54,600 bases of DNA, taken from a virus (Duplodnaviria; Caudoviricetes). Made by a program: the position numbers and the translations under genes. The notes under the pieces are model-generated. The model was not told where the DNA came from and did no database searches. It was given only the letters and a program-made list of their open reading frames with translations. Shown piece by piece: positions 17,284 to 25,949 of the stretch (the stretch's first letter is position 1; every line of letters starts with the position of its first letter). The DNA is taken from the IMG/VR virus record IMGVR_UViG_3300009008_000048, positions 1-54,600 of that record. One strand, 5' to 3'.

Positions 17284-17625
17284 ATGAGAAAAACAACAAC
17301 AGAGACTACAGATACTATTTCTGTAGAAGTGGGTCGTTTTAACGAACCAACAAGAGGCATCGACATTGCTGAAGGTGCTACTATTCAAGAAGTAATAAAA
17401 GTATTAGACATTACATTGTCTGATACTGAAACTTTATGGGTAGACGGAGAAAAGGCTGAAGCTAATGATATCGTTGAAAATAACGATAGAATTCAAATCG
17501 TTGGTAAAAAAGAAGGTGGTAATTATGAAGACATTACACCAGAAGTAGAAGTGCCAACAGAAGAAGTTAAAGACGAGGAAGAAACTCCTGCTTTAACCGA
17601 TGAAGATGCTCCAGTTCAAGAATAA
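17284..17625 (+). CDS. Ubiquitin-like (ThiS/MoaD beta-grasp) protein with internal GG and acidic C-terminal extension
   Basis: ISVEVGRF...IDIAEGATIQEVI..L......LWVDGE......VENNDRIQIVGKKEGG then a 34-aa acidic tail; ATG at 17284 after AGGAAAGG. Confidence 0.8.
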   Translation: MRKTTTETTDTISVEVGRFNEPTRGIDIAEGATIQEVIKVLDITLSDTETLWVDGEKAEANDIVENNDRIQIVGKKEGGNYEDITPEVEVPTEEVKDEEETPALTDEDAPVQE

Positions 17626-17634
17626 ACAAATTAT

Positions 17635-17667
17635 AGAGGGTTAAGGAGACTTAGCCCTCTTTTTTTG
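17635..17667 (+). terminator. Intrinsic terminator between Ubl and E2-like genes
   Basis: AGAGGGTTAAG-GAGA-CTTAGCCCTCT followed by a T run. Confidence 0.8.
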
Positions 17668-17688
17668 TTGATTATTAAATCAAATAAT

Positions 17689-18810
17689 ATGATAAAAGTA
17701 GAAAAGAAAAAAGAAAAAAAAGAAAAAAAGGAGAAAAAGGTCGAAAAATTAGAAACTATTTACTACGGAGATGAAATAGTTACTACAGATAAATGTATCT
17801 TAGGAGAAGGTAAAAAAGGAATAGTAAGAGTAAAAAAGTTAGACTTCTTTGGTATAGAATTTAAGGATATAGTCTTAGATAAGGAGTTACCAAAGAATGA
17901 GCAGCTTCATAATATCAGTAGTGTATTACAGAAAAATGAAGGGTATATGTTATCTAGAGACGAATTTAAGGTAATCAATAGAAAAGAATATGATGATAAG
18001 ACTAAAGAGAGATTAGTTAATATTCTCAAAGAACAAGGGTTTAATGATTTTCATGAACTACCAAAGACCATAGCATCTATCAAAGATAGTATAGGGTATG
18101 CTACTTCTAGAATACATGAAATGACACAAGATGTGAGAAGAACAAATAAAGATAAAGACCTAAATATATTAAAACTAAAAGAATTAGAAAGTAAAACTTT
18201 AGAATTTGATTATTCACAAGCAGAAAATGTTTTTAATAAGATATCTGGTAATAAGAAAGTTCATAAGTTTTCTATTACTGATAACTATTTAGTTATAACG
18301 ACCAAAAATCTTACATACAGCCAGAATGTTTCAGAGCTACCAGACTTTGATTTAGGTAGATTTAAGATATTTATACCTATTAACGATCCTAATAAAAGTA
18401 TAAAAGCAGTTAATATATCCAGACATCTAAGCAAAGGATACTATGGACATCCTTGTTTAGAAAACTCATTAAATATTTGTATGGGTCTTGATGTATCTGA
18501 CGTTGTTCATAATTATAAAAATAGCGGAGACTATTACGGACTTGTTTTAGTTTTAATAAACTTCTTTGAACAACCAGACTATGGAGAGCCTTATAGAAAA
18601 GACTATGAGTTTTATTGTGCTCAAGATATTGACATACATGATGAAATAAAAGATGAAGAAGACTGGTTAAGTAGAGATATATTGGCTAAATCTTCTTGGG
18701 ACGAAGAACAATTCTTAAAGGATTTAACTAACATTAAAGAACAAATTGATGTAGATATAGACAGATGCGGGAACTGTGATAACTACATAGACGAATGTTC
18801 ATGCGAATAA
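17689..18810 (+). CDS. Coiled-coil + prokaryotic E2 (UBC-like) domain protein
   Basis: C-terminal LGRFKIFIP...GHPCL.NSLNICMG resembles the E2 HPN...IC motif; sits between the Ubl and JAB genes. Confidence 0.6.
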   Translation: MIKVEKKKEKKEKKEKKVEKLETIYYGDEIVTTDKCILGEGKKGIVRVKKLDFFGIEFKDIVLDKELPKNEQLHNISSVLQKNEGYMLSRDEFKVINRKEYDDKTKERLVNILKEQGFNDFHELPKTIASIKDSIGYATSRIHEMTQDVRRTNKDKDLNILKLKELESKTLEFDYSQAENVFNKISGNKKVHKFSITDNYLVITTKNLTYSQNVSELPDFDLGRFKIFIPINDPNKSIKAVNISRHLSKGYYGHPCLENSLNICMGLDVSDVVHNYKNSGDYYGLVLVLINFFEQPDYGEPYRKDYEFYCAQDIDIHDEIKDEEDWLSRDILAKSSWDEEQFLKDLTNIKEQIDVDIDRCGNCDNYIDECSCE

Positions 18811-18820
18811 TAAAAAAATT

Positions 18821-19654
18821 ATGGATTTAATTATTACAAAAGAAGCATATCTTAAGCTCAAGTATTATATTGGGCTTGTAGATACTGAAATTTCTGGTAT
18901 GGGTAAAAGCCATATCGACAAGGACGGAGATATAATACTGTCAGACGTTATTATATTTCATCAAGAAGTCTCTGGGTCTAGCACGGATTTAGATGAAGCA
19001 TCAATGGCTAAGTTTTTATCTGAGCTAATGAAAAAGGGGGAAAAGACAGAGGAATGGAATGTTTGGTGGCACAGTCATGCAGACATGGATGTATTTTGGT
19101 CTTCTACAGATGATGATACAATAGCAGAACATTGTAATCACCAGAGTCATCTAATAAGTTTAGTTGGAAATAGAAAAGGCAAGTTCAAAGCTCGTTTAGA
19201 TTTATTTCCTAAAGATACTTCACCTTTTAATTACCAAGAAATACATTACAAGGAAGATGTAGATGTAAAAATAGAGGAAGACGATAGTAATACAGATGCT
19301 ATAGACAAGTTAGAAGACGCTATAGAGAAGGCATATCAAAAAATAGATAAGTATAAAGGTAAGAGCGATCCTGCTATACAAAAGGCTTGTCAAAAGGAAA
19401 TAGACGACAAGGTAACGGAGTATGTTGTCCCCAACAAAGTCACTAACAAATGGTCATGGACTGGTGATAATCAAGATGCTATAACTTATGACAATCAAGA
19501 TTGGAATGGTAGTCATTATAAAAATTATTACGATGATTATTATGGTGGCTATGAAATATGTATTGATTGTGGATATACACTAGAACAATGTGCTAAAAAC
19601 AAACAATGTCCTACATCAGAAGAAAATGATTCATTATTAAAATTAAACATATGA
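18821..19654 (+). CDS. JAB/MPN+ metallopeptidase (Ubl-processing/deconjugating)
   Basis: N-terminal EISG and WWHSHADMDVFWSSTD (E...HxH-x7-S-x2-D). Confidence 0.88.
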   Translation: MDLIITKEAYLKLKYYIGLVDTEISGMGKSHIDKDGDIILSDVIIFHQEVSGSSTDLDEASMAKFLSELMKKGEKTEEWNVWWHSHADMDVFWSSTDDDTIAEHCNHQSHLISLVGNRKGKFKARLDLFPKDTSPFNYQEIHYKEDVDVKIEEDDSNTDAIDKLEDAIEKAYQKIDKYKGKSDPAIQKACQKEIDDKVTEYVVPNKVTNKWSWTGDNQDAITYDNQDWNGSHYKNYYDDYYGGYEICIDCGYTLEQCAKNKQCPTSEENDSLLKLNI

Positions 19655-20280
19655 CAAATGAAAGACACAAGAGGTCATTAGATATAATTGACCCAGACAA
19701 ATTAGACTTTCCAATTCATATATTGGGAGTAGGAGGCATAGGAAGCTGGACTGCCCTAATCTTAGCCAAGATGGGAGCTTTAGATATTACTGTATATGAC
19801 GATGACGTAGTAGAAGACCATAATGTAGCTTCTCAATTTTACAAAGAAAGCCAATTAGGAGAAGAAAAGACAAAGGCTTTGGCTGATAATGTTTCAGAAC
19901 AGACAGGTGTTAAAATATTACCTATGCCTATATCAGGAGAAAGAAATATAAAAAAAGGTATAGTTATTATTGCTATAGATTCTATGGAAAGACGTCATAA
20001 AATAGCTGATAAATTAGAATATAGTATAAATTGGATAATAGATGGTCGTATGGGAGGCACACAATTTGAGATATATAGTCAACAAACAGAACTATATAAA
20101 GAAACTTTAGTAAATCCAGATGATGTTCATCCAGATGCCTGCACAGCGAAAGCTATAAGTTTCAATTGTTCTGTTATAGCAGGTATGATAGCTAATTATA
20201 TTAGATTATATGCTGATGGTAATAGAGATAAACACGCTATCACCTTTGGCTTTAACGATGTTGAATTATTAAAAGAATAA
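19651..20280 (+). CDS. E1/ThiF-family adenylating enzyme
   Basis: ILGVGGIGSW, YDDDVVEDHNVASQ, K..AL, AIDS..RR, IIDGRMG; Cys in PDACTAK. Confidence 0.9.
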   Translation: MTNERHKRSLDIIDPDKLDFPIHILGVGGIGSWTALILAKMGALDITVYDDDVVEDHNVASQFYKESQLGEEKTKALADNVSEQTGVKILPMPISGERNIKKGIVIIAIDSMERRHKIADKLEYSINWIIDGRMGGTQFEIYSQQTELYKETLVNPDDVHPDACTAKAISFNCSVIAGMIANYIRLYADGNRDKHAITFGFNDVELLKE

Positions 20281-20284
20281 ATAT

Positions 20285-20593
20285 ATGAAAAAACAAGAAA
20301 TTTATATCACTAATTTGAATGAAGGTATGATAAATGAAGACAATCATGTAATAGTAGGAGTAATTCATAGTATAAAAGACAATGTAATTACTCTTACTCA
20401 TACTAAACATTTTTATGAAATTGATATGTCGTATAATAATATGCTTCACACCTATACCAAATACTTATTTAATAATCAACTATATTCGTCTGATATATGG
20501 AAAGTTAAAAAGACAAATAAAAAGGGAAGTATGCTTAAGAGATTAAATATAAATATGAAACTAATTAACCAAATCTACAATGACACAAACTAA
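20285..20593 (+). CDS. Hypothetical protein
   Basis: 102-aa ORF directly after E1. Confidence 0.45.
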   Translation: MKKQEIYITNLNEGMINEDNHVIVGVIHSIKDNVITLTHTKHFYEIDMSYNNMLHTYTKYLFNNQLYSSDIWKVKKTNKKGSMLKRLNINMKLINQIYNDTN

Positions 20594-20990
20594 AATAATC
20601 ATACCAATAACACTGCTAATGGTATCGACTGCTGTATTGATACCTCTTTTAGCTAAAAAGCCCTTAGAAGTGCTACCAAACGCGTCAGATAGCAAAATAG
20701 AATCGCCAATTAAGTCACAATTTGGTGTTGCTTCTTATTATGACTACATTTTAGACTCTGGTTGGTCAAGTTTAGGACACAGGGTATGTGCTACTAGAGA
20801 CTGGGAAAGGTATTCGTATATTAAAGTGACAAATATAGACAATGGATTATCTGTTGTATGTAAGGTGACAGACTACGGTCCAGACGAATCCATATTCCCA
20901 GAAAGAATAGTAGATCTTTCTAGCTTTGCTTTTAGCCAAATAGCAGAACTGAAGCTGGGAATAATAAATATAAAGATAGAAAATTATTAA
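20580..20990 (+). CDS. RlpA-like double-psi beta-barrel protein (putative lytic transglycosylase), membrane-anchored/secreted
   Basis: Hydrophobic N-terminus; GVASYY...CA......IKVTN..NGLSVVCKVTDYGP....RIVDLS..AF..IA.LKLG.I.I. Confidence 0.8.
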   Translation: MTQTKIIIPITLLMVSTAVLIPLLAKKPLEVLPNASDSKIESPIKSQFGVASYYDYILDSGWSSLGHRVCATRDWERYSYIKVTNIDNGLSVVCKVTDYGPDESIFPERIVDLSSFAFSQIAELKLGIINIKIENY

Positions 20991-21009
20991 ATAGAAAGGG
21001 AACAAAATT

Positions 21010-21438
21010 ATGGGAGACAGAGTAAGTATTGCCTTTAAGAAGGGCAAAGAAGAAAGTGTATCACTGTTTAATCATTGGGGAGGCAAAGAGTTTGCTTCAG
21101 ATGCTATTAAATATGTGAACGAATTAAAGAAAGAAGTAGGCGATAATAAAGTTCAACCATTAGAAAGGTTAGAGCCTCATACGGTAATGGTGGACTTTAT
21201 AAGAGAAATTACTCAAAAAGAAAAAAGAGTTATGAGCTCTTTATATTTGGGTAAAGACGAAGAAGATGGAGATAACAGCGATAATGGGCATTTTAATATA
21301 CATTTAGATAGAAACATATGTCCAATATGCTTAGAACCATTTGATGAATATCCCGCTCTAAGCAGAGTAGACAATAAAACGAATATATGTTCTGCCTGCG
21401 GGGTGAAAGAAGCTTTAACTAACTTTAACGATAAATAA
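21010..21438 (+). CDS. Hypothetical protein with C-terminal Zn finger
   Basis: MGDR..I..; HWGG; DNSDNG; CPIC...PALSRVDNKTNICSACG..EAL. Confidence 0.65.
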   Translation: MGDRVSIAFKKGKEESVSLFNHWGGKEFASDAIKYVNELKKEVGDNKVQPLERLEPHTVMVDFIREITQKEKRVMSSLYLGKDEEDGDNSDNGHFNIHLDRNICPICLEPFDEYPALSRVDNKTNICSACGVKEALTNFNDK

Positions 21439-21439
21439 T

Positions 21440-21694
21440 ATGTCAAATGAAGCAAGATGCCCAGAGTGCAATGATGTTATAGAACATCTTAATTATAGTG
21501 CAGATGTAAGAGAATGGGGAACGTGTAGTTTATATGGTGACGATTTTAATTATAGTGATGCTGACACAGGAGATACTTATTACCAATGTCCTGAATGTGA
21601 GAAAGATATAAACCCAGATGATATACAGTATGAAGAAATAGAACCACCTCCACCACCTACTGCTAAAACATTAAATCAAGAGATGAACCGTTAA
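21440..21694 (+). CDS. Zn-ribbon protein
   Basis: CPEC...YQCPEC. Confidence 0.6.
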   Translation: MSNEARCPECNDVIEHLNYSADVREWGTCSLYGDDFNYSDADTGDTYYQCPECEKDINPDDIQYEEIEPPPPPTAKTLNQEMNR

Positions 21695-22050
21695 AGATCA
21701 GATATAGAAGGTAGGTATTCAAATTTCTTTTTAATATGTTTTATCTTAGGAAACTTATATCCTTTATAGCATATAGTGGCTTCAGTTTTACCATCAAGGT
21801 GTTTAGAATCCATTTTTCTTCCATTTTGTAAGAACATTATACCTTTTTTGTATTTGACACCACATACATTTATTTCGTTCTTTTTATATTTTTTAGTTGG
21901 TTCATCGTTACATATTTCTAGTCTATCTAATATAGTTTGAATTAAAATACACCTATCTTTTACAGTAGATTTAAATGTCTTAATCTTAATATTCTTATAT
22001 TTGTTCCTATTAGTTTGAGATGATTGTTCTAAGTTCTTAAATATTCCCAT
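21691..22050 (-). CDS. Basic hypothetical protein, lone minus-strand gene
   Basis: 119 aa, convergent with 21440..21694; downstream of leftward promoters. Confidence 0.45.
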   Translation of the reverse strand: MGIFKNLEQSSQTNRNKYKNIKIKTFKSTVKDRCILIQTILDRLEICNDEPTKKYKKNEINVCGVKYKKGIMFLQNGRKMDSKHLDGKTEATICYKGYKFPKIKHIKKKFEYLPSISDL

Positions 22051-22497
22051 ATAACTTTATTACTGATATAATGTTTTTTAGTCGCTACGACGACCTTTAC
22101 CTTTTTAATACCCTGTAAGTATAGAACTGTATTAGAACTATAACAAGTAAGAGTATTAAAGATATTGTTTATATTATTCGTGCGTAGAATTTTATAAACT
22201 TTGATATATTAATTGATTAAGCTCTGCAGTATCCACATACCATTACTTAACCTGTGATATTACGATACATATTAGATGGGGCAGGTGACAGGTCGTCGGC
22301 CATTTTCCTACCCTTTCGCATATATACCTTAATATCTGCTTGGTGCTCTCAATTGCCCAGAGAACGTTTGTCAAAGATAACCATTAAAGAGTTAGACGTC
22401 TGTTATTGTTTATTACACTTTACCTGATCGATAGTGGCTCCTATAATTTGGAGTGTTTTACTTCCTATCCCCAACTGAAGGTTCTTAATATATATTT

Positions 22498-22612
22498 GTA
22501 AAAAAAGATAACCCGAATTAACGAGTTATCCTTTCATGAAATATAACAATACCACAATCCACTAACTTTGCAGTGAATGAATTATTGAATTGTGGGTTAA
22601 CATATTTCATGA
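22498..22612 (-). ncRNA. Candidate small structured RNA (long hairpin + terminator)
   Basis: Starts just after a consensus promoter; TCATGAAATATG...ATATTTCATGA with inner CCACAATTCA/TGGATTGTGG stem; then GATAACTCG-TTAATT-CGGGTTATC-T7. Confidence 0.5.
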
Positions 22613-22616
22613 TTTA

Positions 22617-22645
22617 ATTATATATTATTTTTTAATTGTTGTCAA
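22617..22645 (-). promoter_or_regulatory. Perfect consensus sigma70 promoter
   Basis: Minus strand TTGACA-17-TATAAT. Confidence 0.8.
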
Positions 22646-22718
22646 GTGTTTAGATAATAGCTAACAAGGAGCTTGTCTTATATCTAGTGATATACCCTTA
22701 CTAACTATTACCTGAACA

Positions 22719-22848
22719 TTTGTTAGTCGTGCGAGTAGTATATACTACTTTTAGAAAAAAAGCAAGTTTTTTTTAAGAGCAAGTTTGTTAGTCGTGCGAG
22801 TAGTATATACTACTTTTAGAAAAAAAGCAAGTTTTTTTTGAGAGCAAG
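22719..22848. repeat. Tandem duplication 2 x 65 bp containing a leftward promoter and a 16-bp palindrome
   Basis: 22719-22783 and 22784-22848 differ at one base; each has minus-strand TTGCTT-17-TATACT and the palindrome AGTAGTATATACTACT. Confidence 0.9.
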
Positions 22849-22953
22849 GCTGTTCGCCATATAAGTCACAAGCAAATGTCTTAGGTTTTTATCAAATATA
22901 AAAAAGTAAAAAGTGTAGATATAGCCCAATAAATATAGGATATACAGGGGGGC

Positions 22954-22982
22954 TTGACTTTTTCTTAAATATAATATATAAT
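22954..22982 (+). promoter_or_regulatory. Sigma70-type promoter for the middle operon
   Basis: TTGACT-17-TATAAT, 9 nt before the ATG at 22992 (near-leaderless). Confidence 0.7.
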
Positions 22983-22991
22983 GTAATCATA

Positions 22992-23423
22992 ATGGAATTA
23001 AGAGGCAAAAAATTATTCAATAAAATAGGTAATAGAAAGTATTTATTCTGGGCATATAAAAATGCTAAGCATAAACATCAGAAAATAATATTACTATTTG
23101 CTATTATGAAAAGGTATGAGTTTGCCAATTATGATCAGTTATCATTTTTCTTTAATAGGTATTTAAGAGCAGCTAAAAGGTTAGAGCCATTTCCTATGTC
23201 TAAGATAAAAGCAACTATAGAACATTTAATAACAGATGACAATATAAACTTTAAGATAGGTGTAGAAACAATAGAGAAGTATATTATGGACATAGAAGTA
23301 CCTAAAGATGAAGTTATATTAACATTAGACAATGGAGAGCGTATTACAAATGTAAAAAGATTACAAGAATTAGAAAAATTAAATAAAATATATTATGAAA
23401 ATGGAAAATGGTATGAGTATTAA
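22992..23423 (+). CDS. Hypothetical protein (first gene of the replication/recombination operon)
   Basis: 143-aa ORF directly after the promoter. Confidence 0.6.
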   Translation: MELRGKKLFNKIGNRKYLFWAYKNAKHKHQKIILLFAIMKRYEFANYDQLSFFFNRYLRAAKRLEPFPMSKIKATIEHLITDDNINFKIGVETIEKYIMDIEVPKDEVILTLDNGERITNVKRLQELEKLNKIYYENGKWYEY

Positions 23424-23808
23424 AAACATTTTAGACAATATAGTAGGTGACAATAAAAAGATTGCTAACTTTATTAAATGGTCAAAGAAATGGTATGAAA
23501 AAAAGGTCGAACAGGGCTGGGAAGAAACAGAATTTGGTTTACTTAGCCCAGAAGAGATAAAAGATAGTGGTATGGTAAAGCAACAAGATGGTTCTTATGC
23601 TATTCCAATACAAGAACGTATAGCAGAATCTAAAAGTGGTGGTCATCGTAAAGGTGAAAAATACATTACTATAGATGATAAGTTTATGAGATGGAATAGA
23701 AAAAGAAATAATAATGTTACTAATGAAGATCATATACATAATGAAACTCAAAAACAAATAAGGGATGATGATTTACCAGAAGTAAACATCGATGATATCC
23801 CATTTTAA
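23395..23808 (+). CDS. Hypothetical protein ending in SSB-like acidic tip
   Basis: C-terminus NIDDIPF. Confidence 0.6.
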   Translation: MKMENGMSIKNILDNIVGDNKKIANFIKWSKKWYEKKVEQGWEETEFGLLSPEEIKDSGMVKQQDGSYAIPIQERIAESKSGGHRKGEKYITIDDKFMRWNRKRNNNVTNEDHIHNETQKQIRDDDLPEVNIDDIPF

Positions 23809-23827
23809 TAATTAAAACAACAAACAA

Positions 23828-24658
23828 ATGACAGAACAAAAAAACGAACTTATGGACCTAGAAACAATTAAAATGGCTAAGGCTATGGCTGGGTCAGGTG
23901 GTGATAAGGTGTCTATACCTTTCATACCTGTTATAAGAATTAACAATAAGTCAGAAGAAAAAGAAGTAGAAATAGACGGAGAAAAGAAATTAGTGGAAGT
24001 TCCTGCTAAAAAAGGCTTCTTATTAAAAACTAAAGATGATAACGGTGATTATAAAGAAGAGTATTGGCAAGAAGATTTAAGTGGTGTAATACTTAAAGAA
24101 CGTTACGAGATACAATCTAAGTATGGCACAGAAGACTTTTATTATTCTTATGAGTTTGATACTTGGGTAGAACCTATTAAAGTTTATGACAAAAACAAAC
24201 AAGTTTTAATAGAAGGTTCTTATTCAGATCTTAAAAACCATTTTAGTATAGAAGAGTTAGATAGTAGAGGTAATAAAAAGAAAAGCTTTGAATTATTTTT
24301 GGTATTATATCTTAATGTAGATGGTGAAGTTAAAAGGTATAGAGCTAAAATGAATCAAAATAATAAGTGGTTTGATTATAAAAATGAGTTTGGTACTGAT
24401 GATACTTATGTAGCCTACAAAACTAACTTTGAACTAGAACAAAAGAAAGCAGGAGATAATAAGTTTTGGGTTGCTAACTATGTTAAAGGAGAGAAAGTTA
24501 ATATAAAAGAACAAATAGATTTACAAAAGGAAATGTTATCTTATATGGGAGCATTAAAAGATACTTTTAATCAAGGAGAAAGTAAAGAGACAGGTGTGCA
24601 ACAAGAGGTAGAAGTATTAGATGCAGAAGATATTAACATAGAAGATATTCCATTTTAA
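23828..24658 (+). CDS. Putative single-stranded DNA-binding protein
   Basis: 276 aa, beta-rich, acidic tail ending EDINIEDIPF; near an exonuclease gene. Confidence 0.55.
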   Translation: MTEQKNELMDLETIKMAKAMAGSGGDKVSIPFIPVIRINNKSEEKEVEIDGEKKLVEVPAKKGFLLKTKDDNGDYKEEYWQEDLSGVILKERYEIQSKYGTEDFYYSYEFDTWVEPIKVYDKNKQVLIEGSYSDLKNHFSIEELDSRGNKKKSFELFLVLYLNVDGEVKRYRAKMNQNNKWFDYKNEFGTDDTYVAYKTNFELEQKKAGDNKFWVANYVKGEKVNIKEQIDLQKEMLSYMGALKDTFNQGESKETGVQQEVEVLDAEDINIEDIPF

Positions 24659-24668
24659 ATAAAAACCT

Positions 24669-24989
24669 ATGAAAGCAAAATTAAGAATACCTACTAAGAC
24701 TCAATATGCCTTTATAGAGGTAGAAGTAGATGGTAATGCTAAGGAAATTGTAGCAGCTTACCAAGAGCTATCTCAAGAATATTGGGGAGAAATAGTAGAG
24801 AAAAAGAAAAAGGTCGCCACCAAAGTCACTAATGGTTTGGTAAAGAAAATTGAATGTATCCACACTGTTACAGACTTAGAAGCATTAGATAGTGAAATTA
24901 AAGCTATTAAAGATAGTGCAGAACAAAAAGAAATCATTAAGTTGTATAATGACAAGAAAATTAAATTAATCGACAAAGAAAATGTTTAG
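24669..24989 (+). CDS. Hypothetical protein
   Basis: 106 aa; LRIPT.QYAFIEV N-terminus. Confidence 0.55.
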   Translation: MKAKLRIPTKTQYAFIEVEVDGNAKEIVAAYQELSQEYWGEIVEKKKKVATKVTNGLVKKIECIHTVTDLEALDSEIKAIKDSAEQKEIIKLYNDKKIKLIDKENV

Positions 24990-25227
24990 TTCAGATGAAG
25001 ATATAAAAAAATTACCAAAAGAAACTCAAAAGGTAATGAAAAAGGTATTAAAAAGGCGTGATGAGTTAGAGACTAAATCTAATTTAATATGGGCTCTAGT
25101 TGCAATAGCAGAGTCTATGGATATTTTTTTATCTGAAAAAGATAATAGAACAACAGGAGAACAAATAGAATTTCTTTTAGGCACATTAATATCTTTAGAA
25201 CGTAAAGGATTTATAAAAATAAAATGA
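24982..25227 (+). CDS. Hypothetical protein
   Basis: 81 aa, overlapping neighbours. Confidence 0.5.
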   Translation: MFSSDEDIKKLPKETQKVMKKVLKRRDELETKSNLIWALVAIAESMDIFLSEKDNRTTGEQIEFLLGTLISLERKGFIKIK

Positions 25228-25949
25228 TAAAACGAATAAGCGCATCATCGATAAAGTTATACGAAGAATGTCCATACTGTTGGAAGCTGAGGTACATATA
25301 CAGGCTATTACAGCCCCCTGTCAAGGCTTTCCTTATAGGAACGGCTTTCCATAGGGGTTGTGAGCTTTACCACCTTAAAACGCCCGAGAAGGCTATATGG
25401 CAAGAGCTAAAAAGGGACTATTTAGATGGCTCAGATGGTAGTGAAGAAAGGTTTGAAATGATAGAGAAGTTGGTTAGCTTTTATTTAAAAAATCCTTTAG
25501 ATATTAAAACATTACATCCAGAAAAGATGTTTAGTATCAAAATAAAGGGTGTGCCTGTTCCTTTGTTCGGTTTTATAGATGGAGTAGTAGAAGGTGGTAT
25601 AAAAGAATACAAGACCACAAGTACAGATTATAAGCAAGAGGATATAGATAATATACAGACAAAGATATACAGCTATGCTTATTATAAGTTATATGGAGAA
25701 ATACCTCTAGTAACTTACTACATTATAAACAAGAAAAAGGTTCATCAAAAGAAGTATAAACCACAGATTTTAACAATTAAAAAGGATGAAACTGTAATAC
25801 AAGAAGTAGAACAAATGGTCAAGGAATTTTACACCAAGATTAAAAGTAACGACTTTAGTCCTGGAAGTGGATTTCATTGGGCATCTGTTCCTGGATATTG
25901 TCCTACAGGTTTTATTCCTGGAAAGAAAAAAGAAAATGTTGACAAATAA
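25224..25949 (+). CDS. PD-(D/E)XK RecB/Cas4-like exonuclease
   Basis: ISASSIKLYEECP, GTAFH, E..F, GFIDG, IKEYKT, Q..IYSYA. Confidence 0.85.
   Translation: MIKRISASSIKLYEECPYCWKLRYIYRLLQPPVKAFLIGTAFHRGCELYHLKTPEKAIWQELKRDYLDGSDGSEERFEMIEKLVSFYLKNPLDIKTLHPEKMFSIKIKGVPVPLFGFIDGVVEGGIKEYKTTSTDYKQEDIDNIQTKIYSYAYYKLYGEIPLVTYYIINKKKVHQKKYKPQILTIKKDETVIQEVEQMVKEFYTKIKSNDFSPGSGFHWASVPGYCPTGFIPGKKKENVDK

Noticed and set aside
17284-20280. Thiamine/molybdopterin sulfur-relay (ThiS/ThiF) auxiliary metabolism
   Set aside because: There is no thiG, moaE or cysteine synthase partner, and an E2-like gene lies within the cassette. Disfavoured but not formally excluded.
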